Source: Macrostomum lignano (Eukaryota). Taken from it: DNA of 64,000 nt. Made by a program: the position numbers and the translations under genes. The notes beneath the pieces were generated by a model, which was not told the DNA's origin, ran no database searches, and saw only the letters and a program-made list of their open reading frames with translations. This document shows, piece by piece, positions 40,205 through 51,800 of this stretch; the stretch's first letter is position 1, and each line of letters starts with the position of its first letter. The stretch lies in the NCBI GenBank assembly GCA_002269645.1, contig NIVC01001688.1:62001-126000 (forward strand), given 5' to 3'.

Positions 40205-40700
40205 GAGAGTCAGGGAGAAGACATGGAGGGTCAGGAAGAAGACATGGAGGGTCAGGAGGGAGACATGGAGGGTCAGGAGGGAGACATGGAGAGTCAGGGA
40301 GAAGACATGGAGGGTCAGGAAGAAGACATGGAGGGTCAGGAGGGAGACATGGAGAGTCAGGAGGGAGACATGGAGAGTCAGGAGGGAGACATGGAGAGTC
40401 AGGAGGGAGACATGGAGAGTCAGGAGGAGACATGGAGAGTCAGGAAGAAGAAATGGAGAGTCAGGAAGAAGACAGGGAGAGTCAGGTGGGAGACATGGAG
40501 AGTCAGGAGGAGACATGGAGAGTCAGGAGGGAGACATAGAGAGTCAGGGGGAGACATGGAGAGTCAGGAGGGAGACAGGGAGAGTCAGGAAGAAGACATT
40601 GAGAATCAGTAGGGAGACATTGAGAGTCAGTAGGGAGACATGGAGAGTCAGGAGAGTGGCACATGAAGAGTCAGGAGGGAGACATGGAGAGTCAGGAGAG
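40205..40700. repeat. 21-bp minisatellite (GAGAGTCAGGAGGGAGACATG)n
   Basis: About 23 copies. Confidence 0.93.
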
Positions 40701-41291
40701 TGGCATGGTGAGTCAGATGTTGAAACTGAGACCCTATTTGAGCTAACTATTGAATATTGCAAATATTGCAGCATCAAGCAAGCGCTGCCTCAAAATGCTT
40801 ATTTAGTGAAATGCCTACCCAGAATACGCACGCAGTCGCAGGTTAAACTTAGGCAGCACTGTTAGCACCCAGATTTAGTCAATTTAGCATTTAGCGCTGA
40901 ATTCTTATCTTTCCGTTTCATTCCAACTTGCACGTCGAGTCGAGTCAGATTGTAAAGTGAATGGAAAACTACCAGAAACGATCGCACCTGGCTTCTTGTC
41001 ACTCGCTTCTGTACAGCCCCGATGACTGAGACCCTCCTCTTGACCTTGGACTGCGTTAGAATCAGAACTGGCTCTGCATTCTCGCACAGCCAGAAATGCT
41101 TTAGCCTTAGCATACGAGGTGGAGTGTGCAGAGCCGCACCTTGGGGTGTTATCTCAACTCCGCACCCACCCCAGCCCCAGGCGGCTCTGCATTATCAAGA
41201 CCGAGAGCAGGAGCCTCCTGACTGCTGCTTTACTTCTGAGGCCTTGGGTCACTGTGCTGCTCACAGCTTCAGCCCACAGCTCAGGCTCGAC

Positions 41292-43979
41292 ATGTCCAAC
41301 TCGAACATTCGCCGGGGCAGCAGCAGCGGCGGCGGCAAGCTGGGCAGCTACAGCCGCAGGAACTCGCTGCTCCGGTCCGGCACCACCACGCCAAGACTGC
41401 CGCCGCCGCAGGGCGCCGAGCTGCCAGCCGAGGACGCGGAGAATCGGCTGCGCCGAACCCTGGAGAATATCGTCCTGCCGTCGGTGCACCCGGCTGGCGC
41501 TCCGGCGGGAAGCGGCGGCGGCGGCGGCGGCGGCGGCCGGGGAGGTGCAGGCCAGTCCGGACCCATCGGGGTGGAGGGCGAGAACGTGATGGAGTCGGTG
41601 TCGCCCTGGCCCGGGGAGGTGGGCATGGTGGAGATCAAGCGGCCAGTTTACTCGCAGCACAAATTCGAGAACGTCTTCCAGGAGGACGAGGAGGAGCCGC
41701 TGCGCAAGCGGTTCATCGACAGCGTCTTCGTGCCGAGCGGCCCGAGGCGCAACTGCTCAGACATCGCCACCCAGCTGCTGCCCTGCATGCGGATGCTCAG
41801 AGAGTACCGGGTGCGTGAGTACATGCCGCTGGACCTGGTCTCTGGACTCTCCACCGGCATCATGCGCATCCCGCAGAGCATGGCCTACGCCCTGCTGGCA
41901 TACCTGTCGCCCGTGTACGGCCTGTACACCGCCTTCGTAGCCGGGGTCATCTACTGCATTCTGGGCACCTCGCCGCATCTGGTCATGTCCTGCCAGGGCG
42001 TCGTGTCGCTCATGGTCGGCCAGGTGGCCATGCGGTTCATGGACCGCACCTACCCGACGGTGCCGCACAGCAACTTGAGCGTCAACGCTACGACGCCAGA
42101 CGGTGGCGAGCTGTCGGCGGCATCAGCCGAGGTCATACTTGACACGGTGCTCGTGGTGTCCCTGCTGGTGGGGATTTTCCAGCTGGGGTTCAGCCTGCTC
42201 CGGCTGGGGATGCTCACCAACTATCTGAGCGACCCGCTTATCGGCGGCTTCACCACCGGGGCCGCCATCGAGGTGATCTCCAGCCAGGTGTCGGCCGTTG
42301 TCGGCTACAAGGTGACGGTGCCGAAGGGCACCCCGCCAGAGGGCGTCTTCGAGATCTTCAAAACGTTCTACTTCGCGCTGGCGAACGTTGCCAGCTTCAA
42401 CGTGCCGACGCTGATCATCTCTGGGTGCTCGATGGTGTTCCTGGTGCTGTGCAAGATGGCCAGCAGCCGGCTGAACCGCTACTGCAAGGCGCCGATCCCG
42501 GGCGAGCTCATCATCACGGTGGTCGTGACGCTGATCTCCTACCTTGCCGACTTCAACGATTTCGGCGTCGACCAGGTCGGCCACGTGCCGCAGGGCTTCA
42601 AGGAGCCGCGGGTGCCGCAGCTGCAGCTGGCAGACGGCAAGCTGGTGCAGGACTCCGTCGTCATCGCCATCGTTGCTTTCGCGGTCTCCGTGTCGGTCGC
42701 CAAGAAGTTCGCCCTGGAGTACGACACCGAGATCGATGCCAACCAGGAGTTCCTGGCCTACGGCGCCGGCAACCTGGTTGGCAGCTTCACGAACTGCTTC
42801 GTGTCCACCAGCTCGATGTCCTGCTCGGCTCTGCACGAGTCCCTGGGCGGCCGCACTCAGGTGGCGAACCTGTTCGCGTCCGCCCTTGTCCTGGTGACCA
42901 TCCTGTTTTTGGGACCGACATTCAAAACCACTCCGAACTGCGTGCTGTCAGCCATCATCCTGGTGAACCTGAAGAGCATGCTGTGGCAGTTCGGCGACCT
43001 GCCTCAACTCTGGGACGTCAGCAAAATTGACTTCCTGCTCTGGGTGGTCACCTGCGCGTCCGTCATCTGCTTCAGCGTTGACACCGGCCTGATCATCGGG
43101 GTGGCCTTCTCCCTGCTGACCATCGTGTTCCGCTCGCAGTGGCCGTACGCCTGCATCCTGGGCCGCATCCCGCACACGGACATCTACAAGAACATCGTGG
43201 TGACGCCAGACGCCAAGGAGATCGAGGGCATCAAGATCTTCCGCTACGAGGGCTCGCTGTACTTCGCCTCGGCTGATCACTTCAGGAACTCGCTGTACCT
43301 GCTGACCGGCTGCAACCCCCGCCAGCTCGCCATCAAGCAGCACGCCTACGACCAGAAGCTGCGCAACCTGCGCCTGACTGTCAAGGAGGCCATCCCGATC
43401 CTGCAGAACCCGGCGCCTGGCGCCACCACCTGGGAGGTGGAGGCGCAGGAGTCGCGCCACACCAACTACGGCTCCGTGTCGGCCGCGCTGACCGTCGGCG
43501 ACCTGCGGCCTTCGACCAGCCTTCATCACGTGATCATCGACTTCTCCTGCTGCAGCTTCGTCGACTCCGTGGGCCTCCGGATGCTCAACCAGGTGCTGGA
43601 CGACTACCGCGACGCCGGGGTGACGGTGTACCTGTCCAACACGCGAGCCGCCGTCCGCCTGATGCTCGGCAAGCCGCGGGTCAGCAAGGTGGACATGAAG
43701 AAGATCTTCCTCACCAATCACGACGCCGTCAGCGCGGCGCTGAGCGAGGCGCAGAAGATCGAGGAGAAGAACTGGCTGGACTTCGACTCGATGGCGCGGC
43801 AGCGAATGAACCTCGTCAAGCAGCACTGCGTGTCCCGGCTGCCCAGCGAGATCGACGAGGGCGAGGATTACGACGAGGATGAAGTCGAATCGACCACGGC
43901 GAGCACCTCGCAGTCGCTGCCGCCGAGGTCCCGGTACGCCAGCCAGACCTCGCAGCGAGCGCCGCTGCTCAACCATTGA
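41292..43979 (+). CDS. SLC26: SLC26/SulP family anion transporter with C-terminal STAS domain, intronless, ~895 aa
   Basis: Uninterrupted GC3-rich ORF. SLC26 motifs DLVSGLSTGIMRIPQSMAYALLA..PVYGLY, GTSPH, GFTTGAA, DANQEFLAYGAGNLVGSF, GGRTQVA, LSAIILVNLKSM; STAS IFRYEGSLYFAS and HHVIIDFSCCSFVDSVG. First ATG in coding-like sequence is 41292. Subfamily not assignable by eye. Confidence 0.95.
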   Translation: MSNSNIRRGSSSGGGKLGSYSRRNSLLRSGTTTPRLPPPQGAELPAEDAENRLRRTLENIVLPSVHPAGAPAGSGGGGGGGGRGGAGQSGPIGVEGENVMESVSPWPGEVGMVEIKRPVYSQHKFENVFQEDEEEPLRKRFIDSVFVPSGPRRNCSDIATQLLPCMRMLREYRVREYMPLDLVSGLSTGIMRIPQSMAYALLAYLSPVYGLYTAFVAGVIYCILGTSPHLVMSCQGVVSLMVGQVAMRFMDRTYPTVPHSNLSVNATTPDGGELSAASAEVILDTVLVVSLLVGIFQLGFSLLRLGMLTNYLSDPLIGGFTTGAAIEVISSQVSAVVGYKVTVPKGTPPEGVFEIFKTFYFALANVASFNVPTLIISGCSMVFLVLCKMASSRLNRYCKAPIPGELIITVVVTLISYLADFNDFGVDQVGHVPQGFKEPRVPQLQLADGKLVQDSVVIAIVAFAVSVSVAKKFALEYDTEIDANQEFLAYGAGNLVGSFTNCFVSTSSMSCSALHESLGGRTQVANLFASALVLVTILFLGPTFKTTPNCVLSAIILVNLKSMLWQFGDLPQLWDVSKIDFLLWVVTCASVICFSVDTGLIIGVAFSLLTIVFRSQWPYACILGRIPHTDIYKNIVVTPDAKEIEGIKIFRYEGSLYFASADHFRNSLYLLTGCNPRQLAIKQHAYDQKLRNLRLTVKEAIPILQNPAPGATTWEVEAQESRHTNYGSVSAALTVGDLRPSTSLHHVIIDFSCCSFVDSVGLRMLNQVLDDYRDAGVTVYLSNTRAAVRLMLGKPRVSKVDMKKIFLTNHDAVSAALSEAQKIEEKNWLDFDSMARQRMNLVKQHCVSRLPSEIDEGEDYDEDEVESTTASTSQSLPPRSRYASQTSQRAPLLNH

Positions 43980-44112
43980 GGGGTGAGGCGGGTGACGGGC
44001 ATTTCTGGTGGGGCCGAACCCAAGCCAAACAGCATTGCGCTTTTTGTCTTTAGATATTTCCTGCATGTGCCTGACTTTGCAAGATGGTTGATCATCTAAT
44101 GTCCATTAAATA

Positions 44113-44360
44113 CTGTCCACTGTCCACTGTCTACTGTCTACTGTAAACTGTCCACTGTCTACTGTCCACTGTCCACTGTCTACTGTAAACTGTCCACTGT
44201 CTACTGTCCACTGTCCACTGTCTACTGTCTACTATCTACTATCTACTGTCTACTGTCTACTTTCTGCTGTCTACTATCTACTGTCTACTATCTACTGTCT
44301 ACTGTCTACTTTCTACTGTCCATTGTCTACTATCTACTGTCTACTATCTAATATCTACTA

Positions 44361-44394
<34 letters not shown>

Positions 44395-44505
44395 TTCTAC
44401 TATCTACTGTTAACTATCTACTATCTACTCTCTACTTTCTACTGTCTACTATCTACTATCTACCGTCTACTGTCTACTATGTACTATCTACTGTCAACTA
44501 GTCAT
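44113..44505. repeat. 7-bp repeat (CTACTGT/CTACTAT)n downstream of SLC26
   Basis: Direct inspection. Confidence 0.93.
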
Positions 44506-45063
44506 ACTGTCCAAAGTATGATTCCAACTGTTTTTACCCTAAACTTCTCTGTCCCTCAAATTGCCCTGCGCTGCCCTTATCAAACAAAGCCCGGTTTTTA
44601 ACCATCGCTGTGTCAACAATTGTCACCTCTGTGCAACATTCCAAAGCACTTGATTGAGACAATATCGCGGATATTATAATAATAAGCTGCTGTGGGACAC
44701 GCAAACCAGCTTTGAGGTTGCACAGAAACTCGCAAACAAACTCTGTAATCAGCTAATTGGCGCTGAAAGTTCATTACATTAATTAATTTCATTCCCTTGT
44801 CACCTGCTCATGTGTGCAATATTGCATCATCGGTCATCAACAACCCTTACTCATTAGCTTTGTAGCAAATTAATTCAACTTATGAACAAATAAACTGATA
44901 CCTGATGACGCACCGTTTGCTGCAAACTTGTCAGCATTCCAAACTCATTTCACTGCAAGATTCTAGGGCGCGAAACACTAATTATACTACTATTCAGTAA
45001 AACCGGATTGCTAGTAATATATGAAAGGCTTTTTGATATTTTTACTTTTGTGTCAATATCAAT

Positions 45064-47240
45064 AAAGGAATAGAATGGATTGCTAATCTAGCCAGCATCA
45101 CTGATGAAGGAATAGAATGGATTGCTAATCTAGCCAGCATCACTGATGAAGGAATAGAATGGATTGCTAATCTAGCCAGCATCACTGATGAAGGAATAGA
45201 ATGGATTGCTAATCTAGCCAGCATCACTGATGAAGGAATAGAATGCATTGCTAATCTAGCCAACATCACTGATGAAGGAATAGAATGGATTGCTAATCTA
45301 GCCAACATCATAAATGAAGGAATAGAATGGATTGCTAATCTAGACAACATCATAAATGAAGGAATAGAATGGATTGCTAATCTAGCCAGCATCACTGATG
45401 AAGGAATAGAATGGATTGCTAATCTAGCCAACATCACTGATGAAGGAATAGAATGGATTGCTAATCTAGCCAGCATCACTGATGAAGGAATAGAATGGAT
45501 TGCTAATCTAGCCAGCATCACTGATGAAGGAATAGAATGGATTGCTAATCTAGCCAGCATCACTGATGAAGGAATAGAATGGATTGCTAATCTAGCCAGC
45601 ATCACTGATGAAGGAATAGAATGGATTGCTAATCTAGCCAGCATCACTGATGAAGGAATAGAATGGATTGCTAATCTAGCCAGCATCACTGATGAAGGAA
45701 TAGAATGCATTGCTAATCTAGCCAACATCACTGATGAAGGAATAGAATGGATTGCTAATCTAGCCAACATCATAAATGAAGGAATCGAATGGATTGCTAA
45801 TCTAGCCAACATCACTGATGAAGGAATAGAATGGATTGCTAATCTAGACAACATCATAAATGAAGGAATAGAATGGATTGCTAATCTAGCCAGCATCACT
45901 GATGAAGGAATAGAATGCATTGCTAATCTAGCCAACATCACTGATGAAGGAATAGAATGGATTGCTAATCTAGCCAACATCATAAATGAAGGAATCGAAT
46001 GGATTGCTAATCTAGCCAACATCACTGATGAAGGAATAGAATGGATTGCTAATCTAGACAACATCATAAATGAAGGAATAGAATGGATTGCTAATCTAGC
46101 CAGCATCACTGATGAAGGAATAGAATGGATTGCTAATCTAGCCAACATCATAAATGAAGGAATAGAATGGATTGCTAATCTAGCCAGCATCACTGATGAA
46201 GGAATAGAATGGATTGCTAATCTAGCCAGCATCACTGATGAAGGAATAGAATGGATTGCTAATCTAGCCAGCATCACTGATGAAGGAATAGAATGGATTG
46301 CTAATCTAGCCAGCATCACTGATGAAGGAATAGAATGGATTGCTAATCTAGCCAGCATCACTGATGAAGGAATAGAATGGATTGCTAATCTAGCCAGCAT
46401 CACTGATGAAGGAATAGAATGGATTGCTAATCTAGCCAGCATCACTGATGAAGGAATAGAATGGATTGCTAATCTAGCCAACATCACTGATGAAGGAATA
46501 GAATGGATTGCTAATCTAGCCAGCATCACTGATGAAGGAATAGAATGGATTGCTAATCTAGCCAGCATCACTGATGAAGGAATAGAATGGATTGCTAATC
46601 TAGCCAACATCACTGATGAAGGAATAGAATGGATTGCTAATCTAGCCAGCATCACTGATGAAGGAATAGAATGGATTGCTAATCTAGCTAGCATCACTGA
46701 TGAAGGAATAGAATGGATTGCTAATCTAGCCAGCATCACTGATGAAGGAATAGAATGGATTGCTAATCTAGCCAGCATCACTGATGAAGGAATAGAATGG
46801 ATTGCTAATCTAGCCAACATCACTGATGAAGGAATAGAATGGATTGCTAATCTAGCCAGCATCACTGATGAAGGAATAGAATGGATTGCTAATCTAGCCA
46901 GCATCACTGATGAAGGAATAGAATGGATTGCTAATCTAGCTAACATCACTGATGAAGGAATAGAATGGATTGCTAATCTAGCCAACATCACTGATGAAGG
47001 AATAGAATGGATTGCTAATCTAGCCAACATCACTGATGATGGAATAGAATGGATTGCTAATCTAGCCAACATCACTGATGAAGGAATAGAATGGATTGCT
47101 AATCTAGCCAACATCACTGATGAAGGAATAGAATGGATTGCTAATCTAGCCAACATCACTGATGATGGAATAGAATGGATTGCTAATCTAGCCAGCATCA
47201 CTGATGAAGGAATAGAATGGATTGCTAATCTAGCCAACAT
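45064..47240. repeat. 42-bp satellite (GAAGGAATAGAATGGATTGCTAATCTAGCCAGCATCACTGAT)n
   Basis: About 52 copies, between the convergent SLC26 and SLC22 genes. Confidence 0.98.
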
Positions 47241-47889
47241 TGTACCACAATTTAATGAATATTTCCGAAAAATTCAAATAAAGGACAAAAGGAGACGGTG
47301 CTGCATTTTTATCTAGGGGCTTTTATTTTGAAACTTGGCTACTGACAAAAAAAGCCAAAACTCCAGTCAAGGCAAAACACAATTAATTCACTGCAAATTT
47401 TAGCCTCAAGCTTTCCAAGAAATCCAAAATTAACAAAGGCTAAAGTTTTAAGCTTGAATTCGGCGGCAAGGGGGGGTCAAATTTAAATAAAACAACAGCA
47501 GTAAAACAAAACTGATTTCTGGGTTGCATTGGGCTGGCATGTAATAAATATAGCAAAGCAATGCCAGTACGGCCGAATTTATGCTAAATATACTACTGCT
47601 GCTAGAAAAGCAAGGGTTTTCACTGTTCGGCTGGGTTAGAGTGGCTGACACCTCAGAGTAAAGGATAAATAGGAAATGAATAACATGGCAAAAAGCAAAT
47701 CATATTCGAATTTTACAAACTTGATTTGGAGACATGCAATGACGAGAACTGCGCACCTGGTAGGCAAGGAAAGTACAAAACCAGCCACTTTTTATTTTAT
47801 TTTATTTTATTTATTTTCTAGGTCAAGCTTTTCAAAAATATGGCACTAATCATTCTGCAGAAACAAATATAACACTGCACTTGGTCTTC

Positions 47890-48537
47890 ACCCTCCTTCT
47901 CTCCCTCCTCTCTCTCCTCTCTCCTTCTCTCCCTCCTCTCTCCTTCTCTCCCTCCTCTCTCCTTCTCTCCCTCCTCTCTCCTTCTCTCCCTCCTCTCTCT
48001 CCTCTCTCCTTCTCTCCCTCCTCTCTCCTTCTCTCCCTCCTCTCTCCTTCTCTCCCTCCTCTCTCTCCTCTCTCCTTCTCTCCCTCCTCTCTCCTTCTCT
48101 CCCTCCTCTCTCCTTCTCTCCCTCCTCTCTCTCCTCTCTCCTTCTCTCCCTCCTCTCTCTCCTCTCTCCTTCTCTCCCTCCTCTCTCTCCTCTCTCCTTC
48201 TCTCCCTCCTCTCTCCTTCTCTCCCTCCTCTCTCCTTCTCTCCCTCCTCTCCCCTTCTCTCCCTCCTCTCTCCTTCTCTCCCTCCTCTCTCCTTCTCTCC
48301 CTCCTCTCTCCTTCTCTCCCTCCTCTCTCCTTCTCTCCCTCCTCTCTCCTTCTCTCCCTCCTCTCTCCTTCTCTCCCTCCACTCTCCTTCTCTCCCTCCT
48401 CTCTCTCCTCTCTCCTTCTCTCCCTCCTCTCTCCTTCTCTCCCTCCTCTCTCTCCTCTCTCCTTCTCTCCCTCCTCTCTCCTTCTCTCCCTCCTCTCTCT
48501 CCTTCTCTCCCTCCTATCTCCTTCTCTCATCCTCTCC
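47890..48537. repeat. Polypyrimidine (CT-rich) array
   Basis: Direct inspection. Confidence 0.95.
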
Positions 48538-48861
48538 CTTTATTTTTGATATGCCTGCTTTCACTCTCTACACGAAATATCTTCTTAGAAAAAGAATAGC
48601 AATCGCAGGAACGATCTTTTAGTAATCAACTGGCCGACAGCAACCTTTTCAAAAGAAAGTGAATCTTAATAAGCAAAATATGGATAGCCCGCTTTGCGTC
48701 ACGCAAGAGAAAGCAGCACAAAACTTTTAATCAGGGTTGTCAGAAAGCCACTATACCACCAACAAACCACCAAGACTATCTGCATAAAAATCTCATAAAT
48801 TACTAAAAATAGTCTGGCCAGAAAGCTGTTTCCGTGGCAACCACAAAGCCTTTCGTCCCGA

Positions 48862-51800
48862 TTAAGGCTCAATTTCCAGCTGCACCTGAGTGATTCTGCT
48901 CCTGCAAGGTTTTGTTTGTTAAAGAGATATTAGACTAATCTATTCAGACAGTCTCAGAACACCTGACACCAGCGCGTCATCAAGACTCACTGTCCGAAGT
49001 TCTCCCCGTCCTCGATGGTCTCCGGCAGCGGCTGGCGCAGAGTTTCTGGCAGCAGCAGAGCGAGAAGTCCGGCGCTGACGGCCAGGGCGCCGATCAGCAC
49101 AAACGGCAGCGGCTGCCAGAAAGCATTCTGCAGCGATAGAGGCCGGTTTTGCTTTGATTCCTACTGCCAGAAGGCAAACTAGCGATTTTTACTTATATTT
49201 CTACTTTTAGTAGGCAAAATAACGATTTTAACTGATATTTCTACTGCCAGTCGACAAAAAGCAATTTTCACTTATATTTATATTGCCCGTAAGCAAAATA
49301 GCGATTTTAACTGATATTTCTACTTTCAGTAGGCAATTTCGCAGCTCACCAGCAGCACAATCTGCGGAGCGAGCAGGCCGCCAATCCTGGCGCAGGTGGA
49401 GGCCATACCGACACCAGCGTTGCGGATAACAGTGGGGAACACCTCCGCCGAGTACACGTAGATGATGGCGAAGGCTGCCGAGACGGCGAACTTGCCAAGG
49501 CTGGCCAAAGTGATCTTCAGCCAAAAAATGTCTGCGGTGAAGATGAAGTGCGGTAAAATCTTCCCGAATCTTTCAGACCCTTGCCGAATCCCTCAGACCC
49601 CTGCCGAATCCCTCAGACCCCTGCCGAATCCCTCAGACCCCTGCCGAATCCCTCAGACCCCTGCCGAATCCCTCAGACCCCTGCCGAATCCCTCAGACCC
49701 CTGCCGAATCCCTCAGACCCCTGCCGAATCCCTCAGACCCCTGCCGAATCCCTCAAACCCCTGCCGAATCCCTCAGACCCCTGCCGAATCCCTCAGACCC
49801 CTGCCGAATCCCTCAGACCCCTGCCGAATCCCTCAGACCCCTGCCGAATCCACTCGTCAGCAGCTCACCGACAAAGGCGGCAGCGATGCAGCCCACGCCG
49901 CCAGTCACCATGCTGGCCACGTGAATGCGCACCCGGCCGAACCGGTTCAGAGTGACGCAGCACATCGCGTAGGCGGGAAACTCCACCAGCCCGGAGATTA
50001 TGGTGTTGACGTATACGCTGCCGCCGAGGTCCTCCGCGTTCAGCGACAGGCCGTAGTAGCACAGGCTGACCACGAACCTGAGATTGATTCAGGGAGGGTG
50101 AGACTGATGCAGGGAGGGTGAGACTGATGCAGGGAGGGTGAGACTGATGCAGGGAGGGTGAGACTGATGCAGGGAGGGTGAGACTGATGCAGGGAGGGTG
50201 AGACTGATGCAGGGAGGGTGAGACTGATGCAGGGAGGGTGAGACTGATGCAGGGAGGGTGAGACTGATGCAGGGAGGGTGAGACTGATGCAGGAAGGGTG
50301 AGACTGATGCAGGGAGGGTGAGACTGATGCAGGGAGGGTGAGACTGATGCAGGGAGGGTGAGACTGATGCAGGGAGGGTGAGACTCTCACCAGCTAAAAA
50401 AGACGTTCAGAGTTCGCTTCCGCATGTTGGGCGTCCTCAGCAGGTCAAGGATGGTGCCTCTCTGCTTCTTCTCCTGCGGCTTGTGGACCTCCTTGGCCTT
50501 CACTTTTTTGTCCGGTATGTCCTAAATTGTCAATTCAAAATAAAAAATCCTTGCGAAAACCATATGATACTACTCAAGCACTTGATTAGCTAGCTGCCAA
50601 GGAGCGCACCATCTCAAACGGCTCCTCTGTGATGGAGAAGTTTTCTGGCAGCTCTCTGCCGTTGAGTTTGGCCAGCCTCTTGCAGATTTCGCTGGCCTCC
50701 TCGTAGCGACCCTGCGACAGCAGCCAGCGGGGCGACTCGGGGTAGAACCTTGGAGGCGGGCGGGTGGCTGAGTGAGTGCCTGAGTGGCTGGGTGGCTGAG
50801 TGAGTGCCTGAGTGGCTGGGTGGCTGAATGAGTGCCTGGGTGGCTGAGTGAGTGCCTGAGTGGCTGGGTGGTTGAATGAGTGCCTGGTGGCTGAGTGAGT
50901 GCCTGAGTTACTGAGTCACCGAGTTAGCTGGCTGAGTTGCTGAGTGAGCTGGCTGAGTTGCTGGGTGATGTGGCTGAGTTGCTGAGTGAGCTGGCTAAGT
51001 AAGTGAGTGAGTGAGGTGGCTGAGTTGCTGAGTGAGCTGGCTAAGTAAGTGACTGAGTGAGGTGGCTGAGTTGCTGAGTGAGCTGGCTAAGTAAGTGACT
51101 GAGTGAGGTGGCTGAGTTGTTGAGTGAGCTGGCTAAGTAAGTGACTGAGTGAGGTGGCTGAGTTGCTGAGTGAGCTGGCTAAGTAAGTGACTGAGTGAGG
51201 TGGCTGAGTTGCTGAGTGAGCTGGCTAAGTAAGTGAGTGAGTGAGGTGGCTGAGTTGCTGAGTGAGCTGGCTAAGTAAGTGACTGAGTGAGGTGGCTGAG
51301 TTGCTGAGTGAGCTGGCTAAGTAAGTGACTGAGTGAGGGAGTAGCTAATTTTGAGGGAGTAGCTAATTAAGTAGCTAATAGTTGATGGCAAACTAAACAC
51401 TTAGATAAGAGTCTGGGCAGTTCGTTACGCTGCTCAGAGCAAACTGTATTGCTTCTGACATTTCTAACCTCAGCGCATTCCTCGGCGCCGGTTTTTGCGA
51501 TTTTTCTACTCACCAGTAGTATAGCACGAAAATAAGCGGCTGCAGAGCCACGACAATTTGCAGGGTCACGTGATTTCTAATGAAGTAGGCCAGACAGGCA
51601 ATTAGAATGAAGCCGGCAGCGAAGAAGCCCTGAACAAAGATACCGGGCTGCATGCGGTACTTGGGCCCGATAATTTCCATGGCTGCGGGAAGGTTTTTCA
51701 TTATTAAATGAACCTATGCTTCGAATACAAATTTGCCACAAAAAATCTAACTGCGCTTATCACTTAAACTTTTCTCTCAAGAAGTGGTAATGCGGGAAAA

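Noticed and set aside
41022-41291. N-terminal extension of SLC26 from ATG 41022 (and of the CUB gene from 34766)
   Set aside because: The extensions lack coding-like composition; the CUB extension overlaps CCAAT/GC-box motifs and would bury the signal peptide. Not excluded without TSS data.
42123-44066. Antisense and alternate-frame ORFs over SLC26 (similar ones over NR2F, CUB and KIAA0930 exons)
   Set aside because: Shadow ORFs expected from high GC3 codon usage.
45042-47240. 732-aa ORF of 14-aa repeats; CRISPR-like appearance
   Set aside because: Head-to-tail 42-bp units with no unique spacers and no cas genes; eukaryotic context.
47630-47760. Acceptor-like TTCCTTGCCTACCAG as an alternative last SLC22 exon
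   Set aside because: The 48862-48901 exon already closes the gene at a typical length, and the alternative peptide shows no family resemblance.
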